Positions 13,758-28,270 of a stretch of 64,000 nucleotides of DNA are shown here, one piece after another. This DNA comes from Eledone cirrhosa (Eukaryota). Both the position numbers and the translations under genes were made by a program. The stretch spans positions 97,774,001 through 97,838,000 of the forward strand of contig OZ024742.1 in the NCBI GenBank assembly GCA_964016885.1, read 5' to 3'. Under the pieces are notes generated by a model. It ran no database searches, was not told the DNA's origin, and worked only from the letters and a program-made list of their open reading frames with translations. Position 1 is the stretch's first letter, and every line of letters begins with the position of its first letter.

Positions 13758-16470
13758 ATCATCATCACCGTTTTACGTCCGTTCTTCCATGCTAGCATGG
13801 GTTAGACGGGTTGTCCTGTTGTGGGCAGTGGTCAGCTGACCATGCCTTGCTCATACAGGAACTGCTTTGGCTTGATTTCTACAGCTGGATTCCCTTCCTA
13901 ACACCAACCTCGTTTACAATGAGTGCTGGGTGCTTTTTTCCGTGGCGCCTACACGTCCACTTTACAGTGTGGGCTGGGTGCTTTTTTGCCGTGGCACCTT
14001 CACGACCACTTTGCAGTGGGTGGTGTGGGGGCATGTTGTCTATATGCTTCAGCTTGTACCCATGGGAGGTTGGGTACTCTGTATTACTGCGTGACACCAG
14101 AGGTCACGGTCGTGTATCATCGCCTTTGAGAGGTGTAATTGGGTAAGGTCGGCTTTTATCACCTCATCCCAGGTCTTCTTGGGTCACCCCACTCCGCGGT
14201 TTCCAGTGACTTCTAGTGCTCTGCACCTTTTTATGCAGCTGTCATCCTTCATACACATCACATGTCCATACCAACGCAACCGCTTCTCTTGCACACAGCA
14301 TTTCATTCCTCTTATGCTCAGTCTCTCTCTCAATTCATTTATGCTTTGTCGTTCGCGTATATTACTATTCACATCCATCGGAGCATGCAGGCTTCGTTTC
14401 TTTGTAATCTACGTAAGTCTTCCACCTTCAGCGGCTAGTTCTCACTACCATGTAACATTTTTGTTCGGATACACGCATCATACAGTCTGCCTTTCATTTT
14501 GAGGGAGAAGCCTTTTGCAGCTAGCAGTGGCAGTAGTTCCCTGAGCTTCTTCCATCCCGTTCTTACCCTAGTTATTGTACTTTCTGAACACCCACCTCCA
14601 CTACTAATTCGGTCACCTAGGTAGCAGAAGCTGTCTACTGTTTCTACAGAGCCCTCCCAGAGATTGGTGGTACTTGTTTCCTGTGGCTGTTTGCTGCTTG
14701 CTGTCCCAGTACAGCTGCTGCATGTGAAGCCTACATTCTTAATTAAGCTTCCTGAGATCCCTCTACATCTCTTGTGTACCCATTGTTTGCCTTTGGGGCA
14801 GAGAATGGAGTTCCTACCTACACCTTTCCTACATACTGAGCAAGGCCATTTCCCTGATGGGATCTGGGTTCTGTTTTCTCGTCTACTTACAAGGACCTTA
14901 GTCTTTGTCATGTTGACTTTGAGACCCTTTCTTTCTAGTCCCTGCTTCCAAGTTTGGAATTTCTTCTCTAGTTCTACCATAGATTCAGCTATAAGTGCGA
15001 GGTCATCAGCATACAGGAGTTCCCTTGGGATCCGGTCTTAAACTCCTCTGTTATTGCCAGCAGGAATATGATGAACAGGAGAAGACTAAGAACAGAGCCC
15101 TGGTGGACACCAACCTGTACACTAAATTCCTTGCTATACTCATTGCTAATCCCAACTTTGATGACTGCTCCCCTATAAATGGCTTGTACAGCTTTCACAA
15201 GCCATTCATCTACTCCTAGTTTTCTAAGAGCCCACTAGATTACAGCACGTGGAACTCTGTCAAAGGCTTTCTCGAGATCGACGAATGCCAGGTAGAGTGG
15301 CTTACTTTTAGCTAGGTACTTTTCCTGTAACTGCCCCACAAGGAAGAGGGCATCAGTGGTGCCTCTTCCTGGTACAAACCCAAATTGCATCTCATCTAGT
15401 TTCACCCAGTCCCTAATCAACTGTGCTATAACTCTTTCTGTTACTTTCATGACCTGGTCCATCAGCTTTATACCTGTATAGTTTCCTCTATCTAGTGCAT
15501 AACCTTTACCTTTGAAGCAGTTGACAATGATGTTACTGCACCAATCTTTTGGTATGACACCTGCTAGTATTACTCGGTTAACAATACGTGTGGTTATAGT
15601 GTGACCTACAGACCCAGATGCTTTCAGCATCTCGGCAGCTATACCCGACGGACCGGTTGCCTTCCCCATCTTCATATCTTTGATTGCCTTACTTACTATG
15701 CTGCTGCTGACTTGTACTGATGGCCCCTGTATAGGGTCTACTTGGGGTAGGGTCTCTTCTTCCCATGCATTCTCCTCATTTAGTAATCTATCATAATGGC
15801 TCTTCCATGCATCTTTCTTCACAGCGCTTGTGAGGGCAAGTTCACCTTTATCATTCCAGATACACTTCTCTCCAATTACATCACAATTCTCTTTGACACA
15901 CTGCCTCGCAATCTTGAACACCTCCTGTTTCTGGTCCTCACGTTGCAAAACATGCTTGAATTTTCTATCCTCTGCTTCCCTCCTTGCTAAGTATACTTGT
16001 CGCCTAGCTTCCCTCTTGGTCTTTATGTAATGTACCCTGCTCCCCCCGTTCTTCCATTCTTTCCATGCCTATCTCTTGGCCTTAACTGCCCCATCCACCT
16101 TATTGTTCCACCACCAGGTCACTCTCCTCCTGTTTGTGGTCTTACTCCCGCCAGAGACCTCATCCGTCGCCTCTAGTAAGTCATTTTTTAGGAACTCCCA
16201 GTGCTCTTCTACATTGAATGTCTATATCTGTTCTTCTTTACTGTCGTAGGCGTTGAGTAAAATATCTTTAAATCTGTTACTGGCTGAGGGGTCTTTCAGC
16301 TTCCAGATCTTTCTTCTCCAGGTTGGCCTCTGTTTCCATGTTCATCTAGTTCTGACCGTGAGGTCACTGACAACTAAGCTATGTTGGGAGGTACATTCCT
16401 CACTAGGGTAGACTTTTGTGTTTACGACTGTCCATCTGTCACGTCCTCTGATGAGGATAAAATCTATCTG
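13758..16470 (-). mobile_element. RTE-clade LINE, 5'-truncated and frameshifted
   Basis: QFGFVPGRGTTDA, FVDLEKAFD, GVHQGSVLS, LYADD, Cys-rich CSVC..C..WVHKRC; (GAT)n tail. Confidence 0.95.
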
Positions 16471-16510
16471 ACTATATATCTATATATATACATATATACA
16501 CATATACAAC

Positions 16511-16542
<32 letters not shown>

Positions 16543-17064
16543 CATATATACACATATATACACATATATATATACATATATATATGTATATATACTCACA
16601 CACTAATTAAGATTGAAGTGTTTTTATACCCAGTTTCAATCAGATAGATAAGGCCTCACAATGGAGCAGTAGGTTTCAGATATAAGGCAAGGAAATGGCA
16701 TAGATGCGTGGAAACATTAAATATATGGCTATTCCTAGTAAAACAACAGCAACAACAACAACAATAATAACAACAAATATAGTCTTAAAAAGGGGGAATG
16801 TTATTACACTTTATTATCTTATATTCCTTTGCCATTCTTACCTTTTGCAAACTTATCGCAGCATATTAAGACATTAGGCAATAAAAGCTAAAATAGTTTA
16901 TGGCTGTGAATTCTTGCTGAAATGTTTCAATTGTAAAGAGATTTACATATTTGGGAATTTGCAATCTGATTCAGAATCACATTACAAGAAGGGTTAATGT
17001 TTAGTTTTTGGTTTCCACTACCATCACCACTGCTGCTGCCACATAAACAAAACTCATTATTAAT

Positions 17065-17185
17065 AGCAAGTTCAAATCCCGCCGAGGTTGACTTTGCCTT
17101 TCATCCTTAAGGGGTCGATAAAATAAATTACCAGTAATGCACTGGGTAATTGCTGGCCTTGTGCTTAAAGTAGAAACAATTATTA
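17065..17185 (+). mobile_element. SINE fragment (gcctttcatcc..ggggtcgataaa core)
   Basis: B-box agttcaaatcc; copies at 18365-18725, 21088-21163 and 22790-23230 (-). Confidence 0.7.
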
Positions 17186-18019
17186 ATAGCTATATATACC
17201 TCCACTGGATTCAGACAATGTGTTTTCTAGTTGTTCAATCAACAAAGGTACCAACTCATGAAATTAGCATGTATGTGGCTGAGTATTCCGCACACACATC
17301 CTTATACTTTTCATACAAACAAACATGAAACCATCTTTAGTTTTGTTACAAAACTTTATATCTATCTAAATACCTTTTATCATTTTGAATAAGAACGATT
17401 TTTAAATATGTTCTAAATATCACTATGACAGTGAGAATGTTAGCTATATAACTAAATCCATGAAAATTCCAGAATATTTTCATAATTATAAGCAATGCCT
17501 TTCTTAAAAAATATGTTAATGAAATGGTTAAAGCTACTCTTGGTGACTGACTCTGACAAAATGACAAGGAAAGAAAGCAAGTTGTGAAATACTGTCCAGA
17601 AAAATACTTGTCTAATCGAAGATGATGATGATGATTCAGCATGAGAATATGTAACAAGGCTGGTCCTTTAAATTACAGTTATAGTCCAGGTGGCTGACTT
17701 TTAAATAACTTCCATTTACCCAAATTTCCTCTCTGGAAATTTGTTTGTTCATTGTATATTTAAGATTGGAATAGAGTTGTGAATGTCATAGCATTTTTCT
17801 GTAAGACAGAAGTTGAATGAATTTGAAATGTGCTAAATGATTGTTTTATGTAACATTATGCATGAGATTCCAATGGTGTCTTAATTTACAATTATGCTTT
17901 GAAAGTATTGTGCTACTGTGAATGTGGTGATGACAAAGTGACTTGTTATGATGGTACAAACATGTATTTATATTTAGGTCTTAGATGGTATGAAACATTG
18001 TGTTCTGGCAATATATATA

Positions 18020-18358
18020 TTCATCATTTCATTTTACATCTGCTTTTTCCCTGCTACAAGGGTGGGACGGGAACTGATTCTGGCTTGATTTCTACAGCTG
18101 GATGCCCTTCCTAACACCAACCTCATTTACAGTGAGTGCTGGGTACTTTTTTTTGCCGTGGCACCTCCACGACCACTTTGCAGTGGAATGATAGGGACCC
18201 CAGTCCCTATCATCTCATTTCTACAGCTGAGTAAACTGGAGCAATGTGAAATAAAGTGTCTTGCTCAAGGAAATAACACATCACCCAGTCTGAGAATTGA
18301 ACTCACAACCTTTCGATTGCAAGGCCAATGCTCTAACCACTAAGCCATGTGCCTCCAT
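18020..18358 (-). mobile_element. tRNA-derived SINE with RTE-type 3' tail
   Basis: Head tggcttagtggttagagc..gagttcaattc; tail shares ctacagctggatgcccttcctaacacc with the RTE 3' UTR; second copy 53140-53457. Confidence 0.85.
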
Positions 18359-18364
18359 ATACAA

Positions 18365-18725
18365 TAATAATGGTTTCTTACATAGGCACAAGGCCAGCAA
18401 TTTTGCGGGAGGCGAAAGTAGATTAAATTGACCCCAGTGCGTGACAGGTACTTTATTTTATTGACCCCGTAAGAATGAAAGGCAAAGTTAACCTTGGTGC
18501 GATTTTAAATCAGATCATAAAGAACCGTAACTCTATGCTGCAAAGCATGGCGCCCAACCCTCTACAGATACTGCCAATCCACCACCCTATATGTATAACA
18601 ATGATTTCTAGTATAGACCAAAGACCAGTAATTTAGAAGAAGAGGAAAGTCGATTAAACTGACCCCAGTACGTTACTGGTACTTTATTTTATCGAACCCG
18701 TAAGGATGAAAGGCAAAGTTAACCT
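18365..18725 (-). mobile_element. Two adjacent SINE copies
   Basis: Repeated gacccc.taag.atgaaaggcaaagttaacc core; the second is cut by the mariner. Confidence 0.7.
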
Positions 18726-18726
18726 A

Positions 18727-19587
18727 TACGAGGTGATAGCAAAATGTTTCCAGATTAGTTCTATAGTGTGCCAACAGATGCCACATAGTTGTGCACACAG
18801 TGAGATATAGTAGTGACTTTCATGCACCAGTGTGCTCAGTGATATTGCTGTGTTTACCTTGCAAGTTGTGAAATTTGTGTTTTTGTGATCACGTGTATGC
18901 TGTAGCCTGTGATTTTGTCATGAACAGGAAGTGGGAACATAGAGCCAACGCGAAATCTTGTGCTCAATTCGTGAAGTCTGCTACAAAGATATTGAGCATG
19001 CTTCGGCAAGTTTACAGCAGCGAGACAATGGGTCAAACGCAATGTTTCAAGTGGCATGGGTGTTTCAAAAGCCGCAGCTCAATGAAGATCATGCTCATTG
19101 CTTTTTTCGAGATCCATGGTATTGTGCATTGAAAATTCGTCCCCCAGGGTAAGACCATCAATCAAGAGTTTTACTGCAATATTTTGAGGCATTTGAAAGA
19201 GGGCATTCAGCAAAAGTGACCGGATCTGTGAAGCGCAAAGAATTGGATTCTTCATGATGACAATGCACCTTGTCACTGAGTTCTCCTCACTTGTGAGATT
19301 CTCAACAAAACCAACATTGTATCACTTTTGCCAGATTTAGCACCTGCTGAAAATGCAGCTCAAAGGTCACTGTTTTAACACCGTTGCCGAGATCTAGATT
19401 GAATTGCAGAAGATCCTCAACTCGATCATGGAAAACAACTTCCAGGCTGGATTACAAAAATGGCAGGTATGCTGCGACTGGTGTACTGTTATGCAAGGTG
19501 ACTATTTTGAATGTTAAAACTTAGGTAAATATATATATATATATTTTAAACATATCTAGACTGGAAACATTTTGATACCACCTCATA
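18727..19587 (+). mobile_element. Mariner (Tc1/mariner) DNA transposon, internally deleted
   Basis: ~30 bp TIRs tacgaggtgatagcaaaatgtttccag / ctggaaacattttgataccacctcata; remnants KIMLIAFF..GIVH and WILHDDNAPCH. Confidence 0.9.
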
Positions 19588-19728
19588 TACATACATATAC
19601 ACATACACACGTATACATATACATAAGTATAGACATATATATAATGAGAAATAAAAGATGAAATAGAAAGATAGAGTGAAAAGAGGAAGGAAATATTGAG
19701 AAAAAAACACCAAAACACATACACACAC

Positions 19729-19774
<46 letters not shown>

Positions 19775-19826
19775 TAGCTGGCCCGTCCAGCTGGCACCCG
19801 GCTACCATTGGCCTGTTCTACGGTAT

Positions 19827-19859
<33 letters not shown>

Positions 19860-19862
<3 letters not shown>

Positions 19863-20678
19863 CTGACGTACCTAGCTTCGCTTGGATAAACAGACGATAA
19901 GCCGTCTGTGTAGTATAGTATTACTGTTGAAAATATGTACACCAATATATAATTATATATATATATATAATTAATTAAAAGTTGGTTAGAAGCGAAGTCA
20001 ATACAGACAGACAGACATACAGAGTGATATTATATGTGCGCGACGTTATAGCTATGTATCTATCTAAAAAGACAGAGTAAGAAAGAGAGAGGAATGTCGT
20101 ATTATATATATTATATGTAATAATTGCTGGCCTTGTGCCAACAGTAGAAACAATTATACTTCTTTTTTATACAACTGTAAATAACATGTTTATGTATGTA
20201 TATATACGTATATATACGTATATATACGTATAAAGGAATGCTGTAATAAAATGTACAAATTAAACTGTTTCTTATTTATGATATTAACACTATATATATA
20301 TGTATATACACACTATATATATATATACACACACTATATATACATATATACACACACACATACACAGAGAGCGCTGACAGCCAGACATAAAGAGACATAT
20401 TATAAGGGCTCGACATTATAGCTATGTATCTATCTAAAAAGACAGACTAAGAAAGAGTGAGGAATGTTGTATAACCGGAAGTGTTGACATTTGAACATTT
20501 TAAAGAAGTGAATATTTAAATAATATCTTTAATCTTTTAACAAAATTTAGTAGACAAAAATACCTTCACTTCTTACTTGGAAAAAGTTACATCTATGGTG
20601 CAAATTTGGTGCCGTTTAGTTCAGCCGTTTGGCGAAAAGTTTATTACTTACATACGGCCATCAGCTTTATTAGTATAG

Positions 20679-20679
<1 letters not shown>
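19860..20679 (-). mobile_element. Non-autonomous Helitron
   Basis: Minus-strand 5' TCTATACTAATAAAG; decayed 3' subterminal motif at 19860-19885; another CTAG end at ~19773. Confidence 0.65.
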
Positions 20680-20718
<39 letters not shown>

Positions 20719-21220
20719 CATAGGGAGTAGTGTGATAAAGAATATCCGAAGTTGAGTGAGAGCATTCAATTCATCAGATGGTATAGACATATTTGAAGTT
20801 AATACAGGCTGAGAATATGGGAACCTGTCTCAAAAATGTCTGAAATAGGCAGCCAAACAAACAATTGTAACAAAGTGACAGCCTAGTAAGCACCATAAAT
20901 ATCTTTTATACATATAAATATACATATATATATATATATAAATATAACGAAGGAAATGTGGTAAGGAACCAGGTGGACCATAACGCACCAAAGTACTCAA
21001 TACTTAGGGTAGTAGAGTGGGTAATAGAAACGAGTAGGACCCCGACGGCTGAGCTGAAGCCGTTTCGACGGCTAATTCTGGACTAAAAGCCTTCAATAAC
21101 AATAATAATTGTTTTTACTTTTGGCACAAGGCCAGCAATTATCTCAGTGCATTACTGGTACTTTAGTCCAGAATTAGCCGTCGAAACGGCTTGAGCTCAG
21201 CCGTCGGTGTCCTACTCGTT

Positions 21221-21283
<63 letters not shown>

Positions 21284-21776
21284 ACACTGATCATTACTAT
21301 TCCAAGCCCCTGTATCATAAATGCATGCATCAGAAGTTTGATGAATGATATGAGTGGCCACTCTGATCTTAATTGTAGTCAACCTACTGCCACCGTTGTT
21401 ACACCATTACTCTCAATCACACTGCACCACTCCACATAACATGTGCATGCTTGACAAATATAAAACCTATTTCTGACCCTACTTGCACTTCCCCTCCTCC
21501 GTGTGATTAACATGTCAAAGCAGCTAACCAATCATATCACATCAAGAACCAGCCAAGTGATAACTTTAATACCATGCTCCACTCTCTCCCTGTCTGTCTG
21601 AATAGTTGTCTCTCTTTCTCTCTCAGCTTATCTGTATTTCTTTTTGCATGGTTGTATATCTCTCTCTCACTGTCTGCCTGTTTCTCTCACTCTCTATATC
21701 TGCCAAATGAGTATGTTTCCCCCTCATCACTCTGCTTGTCTATCTGTCTATCTATCTTTCTGCCTGTGTCTCTCTG

Positions 21777-21812
<36 letters not shown>

Positions 21813-23927
21813 CCTGTATATCTCTGTCTGGCTGGCTGTCTGTCAGTCTCTCTCTCTCTCTCTCTCTGTATGTCTGCTGCGTGTCTCTGTCTTTCATTCT
21901 CTGTCTCTGTGTGTGTCTTTCTCTATCTCCCTGTGTGTGTCTCTCTCTCTCTACTTCTTTCTCTCTCTCTTTGTCAGTATGTCTGTCAGTCTCTGTCTCT
22001 CTCTCATTCTCTCTCTCTCTCTACTTACCTGTATGTCTCTATGTCTGTTTGACCTGTAATTCTTGGTATATAGCTGAAGCAAATTATTTATTGCTTTTGG
22101 CTGTAATGTTTTACAATGATGATGATGATGATATTTCTTCTTACATATCTCTAAAAAAAAAAATAATATATAAAAAAAGAACAATCCAAGAAAAAATAAA
22201 TATATGCAAACAAATATAAAAATATAATAATAATGATTTATTTTGATTTCTTTTATTGGTTACAGGGGGCATGATATGAAGGCCACATATAGTAGTAGTA
22301 GTAGTAGTAGTGGTGTGGTCGTGGGAATGGGAGTTATTTCTTCTATGGGCCACAAGGGCTCACAATGTTGGCGGGAATACAAGGAGGAAAATGATAATTG
22401 TATTAATAATAACATTAATGATAATAATAATAGAAATAATACAAATAATAATATCAATATTAGCAAAAGGAATAATATTAAAAATAATACAAGAAACAAT
22501 AAAAATAATGTTGGTCCTCTGTTGGATGTGACTGAATTTTCAGTCCTTCAAACAATGGAATGATCTGTTTTTGAAATTAAATGGAAGTGACTGTGCATTT
22601 CACAAAAAAACTTCACCTCTTAACAAAATTCTCAGGGAGATTCAGTATGACAGTGTAATAAGGCTGGTGCTTTGAATTACAGGTACAATTCAGTTTTTGC
22701 CAATGAGTGGACTGGGACAAGATGAAATAAAATACCTTGCTCAAGGACACAATGCCTTGCCAAACACACCAACTGTTAAGCCACATGCCTTCAATAACAA
22801 TAATAATTGTTTTTACTTTTGGCACAAGGTCAGCAATTATCTCAGTGCATTACTGGTACTTTATTTTATCGACCCCGTAAGGATGAAAGGCAAAGTTAAC
22901 CTCGGCGGGATTTGAATTCAGAACGAACGTAAATGGACGTAACAATGCTGGAAAGCATGGCGTCCAACCCTTTACCGATATTGCCAATCCACCACCTTTC
23001 AATAACAATAATAATGATAGTAATAATTATATCTACCATTAGTACAAAGCCAGAATTTGGGGAGGATACAGACAACTATATTAATCCCAGTATTTGACTG
23101 GTACTTAATTTTTATGGAATCTTGAAATATAAACAGCAAAGTTGACCATGGTGAGATGTGAACCAAGATTCTAAAATGCTGTAATAAATACTGCTAAGAA
23201 TGTATCCAATTACTCTGCCAAGCCACTGCCATAATAATGATAATAATAATGGTAAAATATTCTGCATGGGAAACCTAAATGAAAAAAGAAAAAGAAAAAA
23301 ATCTCTGCATTCCCACAAAAAATCATTCCAGACACAAAGAAAAAAACTGAAAAATCATTTCTTCTTTGGGCATGTTCCCCAGCAGCACACTCATTGACCA
23401 ATTATCTCCCCTTCCTTGCCTGTCAATCCCACACATCTTCCTACAACCCACATACATAGTTTGGCACACTTTAATACCGGGGTGTTTAATTGCTTTCCAA
23501 TTTCCAATGGTGGTGGACTTTCCAAGATTACCTTACAGTTCTCTCTACAATTCCCAAGTGGTTCCCTGACTTTAAATTGATCCAGCTCATGCTAATAACA
23601 TTTCAGGCTATAGGGCGACACACACACACATAAATAAATAAATATATGCATACACACACACACGTACAAAAGCACACACAGACATATGCACACATATTTA
23701 CATACACATACATGTGAAACATATATATAAACATACAATTTCTGTCCACCATCATCTGTCAGGTTCTCTAACTTTCTCTTTTTATGTTTCACTCTATATC
23801 TCTCCCTCTCTATAGATCTGTATTACTTTATCATTCATTCTATCTATGTATACAGATGTCTCTAACTCACTGTCTGTTACTGCTCTCTGACCTCTCTATA
23901 TATCTGTATGTTACATTTCTCTCACTC

Positions 23928-24915
<988 letters not shown>

Positions 24916-24917
24916 CA

Positions 24918-26272
24918 TTTATTAAAATAACAGATTAAAGTTTAAGCAAAGAATCGCTGCTTTCACCCTTAACGGGATCTTCTGAAACTAACAAAGTCAA
25001 TCTGTAAACGCAGAACTGGATATTTCAAAAAACGTTGCAACCGGAGGAAGACAGGAGGAGGATACTTTGGTTCGTGGTAACGTTCGCTGGCAAAGAACGG
25101 GAAAAAACGAATAATACGTCATTAATAGGAGCGGTGAAAAACAATTACGCGCAAAGACAAAACCACGTTTATGGTATAAAAGAGGTCGTAGATTAATGTT
25201 CTCTTAGGTGGTGCATAGAGACGTTCTCTGGCAATGAACGAAAAAACGAAGATAATAAGTCATATGTGGAGCGTGGAGAACAAAAGCACGCAAAGACAAA
25301 ACCACGTAAATGGTATAGCAGAAGTCGTAGACTAAAATTCTAACTAGGAGACCAAATGAATCTCCGCTACAGAGTTAAGAACAAAGTAAATAAATACAAT
25401 ACAGAAGTAATAGAAACAAATAAATACATACACGCAAACAGATACGTACATACACAAGCATACGCAAAACCTTATCCTAGGTATACAAAACCACGCACAT
25501 ATAAATATGTGTGTGTGTGTATGCTTGTGTACAAATAAATAAATAATTATATAAACGTATATAAGTAAATAAATACGTATATAACAAGCGCACACACATA
25601 CCTACATATAAATACACGAATGTTCGGAGACGTAAGTCAACTAAAACAAGAAGTACACATATACACACACCCACCATACGTACGAACCTGCATACTCACT
25701 CGGACGCAAAACTCCCGTATACACATAGCCAAACCCTAAATACCAGAATATGTAAAAATGATACGCCATAACAGTCAAATATACGTACGAGAAGGTATAC
25801 ATACCTTCACAAAACATATGAGTAATATATACTTACCTATGCAAATAAGTAAAGGAATAAACAAAACATATACTTAGCTCCCACATCAAGACGTAAAATA
25901 TCCACGTATAGATCGTGCTATCCATTAGGGTATAACGTGGGGCTGTAATACAGGAAAGTTTTGTGCAATTTATGTTTACAAGCCGAAATTGCCTCAGATT
26001 TTTTGTTTAAGATGTGGTCTGTGGCGTAGAGTATTTCCAGGGCCTCAGCGGCGCAGAGGTCACATGGTCTTTTATTTCCGTTATACGATCTAGCCCTAGC
26101 TAGGATCTCCCAGTGTAACTTATATTGGGTGTGGTTGTCTTTTAGCCTCCAGATATAAGCTGAAAGTGACGTCATATTCCTTCTTAGAGGGTAACGAAAA
26201 GAATGGGTGTGCATGTAAAGTCGCTGCTTGAAACTATTGGCGGTTAACCCTATGTAGGCCCTACGGGACGTA
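24918..26272 (-). mobile_element. Second PLE lineage, 3' part (GIY-YIG with CxxC..CxH tail) plus long 3' UTR
   Basis: YIGLTANSFKQR..H..SF..TSLSAYIWRLK..CDLC..E..LNKKSE..CKH; (TA)n flanks; terminal HHR-like fold. Confidence 0.85.
24930..25005 (-). ncRNA. Type I hammerhead-like motif with variant core CAGAAG(A)
   Basis: AGTTT-CAGAAGA-TCCC gttaa GGGT-GAAA-GCA..TGC-TT-AAACT, stem I extended by ACAGATTGA/TTAATCTGT. Confidence 0.6.
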
Positions 26273-26463
26273 TATATACATGCATATATATATATATATA
26301 CATATAGACATATATATATACATATATATATACATATATATATAAACATATATATACATATATCTATTTACACATATATATATATATAAATATATATATA
26401 TACATATATACAAATATACATATATATACATATATATACATATATATACATATATATATATAC

Positions 26464-26494
<31 letters not shown>

Positions 26495-26515
26495 AATATA
26501 TACATATATATACAT

Positions 26516-27135
26516 ATGGTGGCTGCCAACTCGTTTTCGAGTACGGCCACTATTTTATATCCATGTAGGAGGACCCCTACCGATGCGCTGAACAAGTGTG
26601 ACTTTGTAGTCCAGCCAGCGACTTCAAAACTCTAGTACAAACACTACACATGTAACAATTATTGACACATAGTGCTGGGCCCATAGTACCATGTGACGGC
26701 AAGTGCAGAGAGATCTCCAGATATAAAGCAATGCCTGTGCCGTGAAGCTTTTATAGTGAGCAAAGGCACTGCACAAAGCCAGTCCCACTCTCTTAACCAA
26801 GATGATATTTACCAGAAAGAAGAACAAGTCAACATCATTGGATACCATCAGGGTTGCAGGTGTTATATCAGAGTTTTCCTTCTCCTAGATTTCTGCCTTG
26901 ACAAAGGCTAAGGGGTCATCTCTCCCGGTGATTTTGGATGGCCATTGACTCTTAAGAGCTCCTTTGCCCTTTGACAGGTTTTGTTTTTAGTCCTGCAGGA
27001 TGTCCAAAGTCACCCTCCTCACCAAGAAACCTTGGGGGGGGGGGGGGGGTTGCCAGTTTAGTCGCCAACGACCCTACCAGAAGACAGGTTGTACTGGGAT
27101 ACATGTTACCAGTAGCACCAACTGGTGACGTGACA
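26516..27135 (-). mobile_element. Non-coding SINE/SIDE-like element with structured 5' end
   Basis: Bounded by (TA)n on both sides; homologous to 13325-13648; possible HDV-like fold at 27053-27116. Confidence 0.6.
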
Positions 27136-27270
27136 TATACATATATACATATACATATATACATATAAATATATACATATATATATATACATATATACAT
27201 ATGTACATATATATAAATATATATATACATATATATATACATATATATATATATATACATATATACATAT

Positions 27271-28270
27271 CAGATAGAAAAATGCGTACAGCAAAAAAAA
27301 GTAATATTGTTGGAATATAAACCTTTAAAAATACAGGACAAGAAACTAAAATAAAACTTTAAAAGAATAGGACAAGAAACTAAGATAAAACTTTAAAGAA
27401 TTGGACAAGAAATAAACAATTTTCAATAATATTAGTGGCAACATTTTTATTGGTAAAAAATCGAGTTCCACATTCATAGGCTCTGGGTCCACATTCAGAG
27501 GTCGTCGTCAGACGCGGGTGGGGGGGGGGGGGGAATCATTTGATCCTGGTTTGAACACCAATTGGGCCATAACCATACCCCTATTTCATCATTCGGCGAC
27601 ACGCCTCATGTGTCATGCATAATGTGAATGGACCCATGGGCCCATGAGCACAGATCTTGAGCAGCAGCGGAAGGTCTTGTCGCCCCGGTCATCCTTGATC
27701 TTGACCAACCCGTCCATCTTCTCCTTGCATCTTGTCCTTGAGTTCAAGTCCGGCAGTCCAGATGAATGCGTGCCACAGCTTTCTGGTACAGGAAGGGGGA
27801 GCAGGAGGACTGGAGGCATGACAGGAAAGAGAGAGGGAGGACCGGTGGTTGAGGGAGGTGCTGTTGTCGGTGGTCAGAGTCGACATCTTGTCCCAGTAGT
27901 CTTCTCCCTCTTCGTCTGGTGTTGCGGGACCAGAAGTGCATTCTTGGAGGAGACCTGCAGCTGCATCGGCCAATTCTTCTTGCACTGGTCATTCTGACGG
28001 AGCAGAACTGCTCAGCAAACCAACCCCAACCAGAACCAACCGCTCAGGGGCAACGCACAATGAGAGCATGACAATTATTATGCACTAATCAAGAATATAC
28101 TGGGGCATAGCACAGGAAACGAATAAAAAAATTTACCACTAATATTATTGTAAAATTTTTTATTTCTTGTCAAATTCTTTAAAGTTTTATTTTAGTTTCT
28201 TGTCCTGTATTTTTAAAGGTTTATATTCCAACAATATTACTTTTTTTTGCTGTACGCATTTTTCTATCTG
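27271..28270. mobile_element. Long-TIR element with GC-rich internal cargo
   Basis: 27271-27450 is reverse-complementary to 28123-28270; the left arm has one extra ~33 bp subrepeat. Confidence 0.75.

Noticed and set aside
18290-18358. tRNA gene
   Set aside because: It is a SINE head continuous with the SINE body and tail, without a full acceptor stem
21574-22563. Leu/Ser- and Asn-rich ORFs
   Set aside because: They arise from (CT)n, (AGT)n and (AAT)n low-complexity DNA
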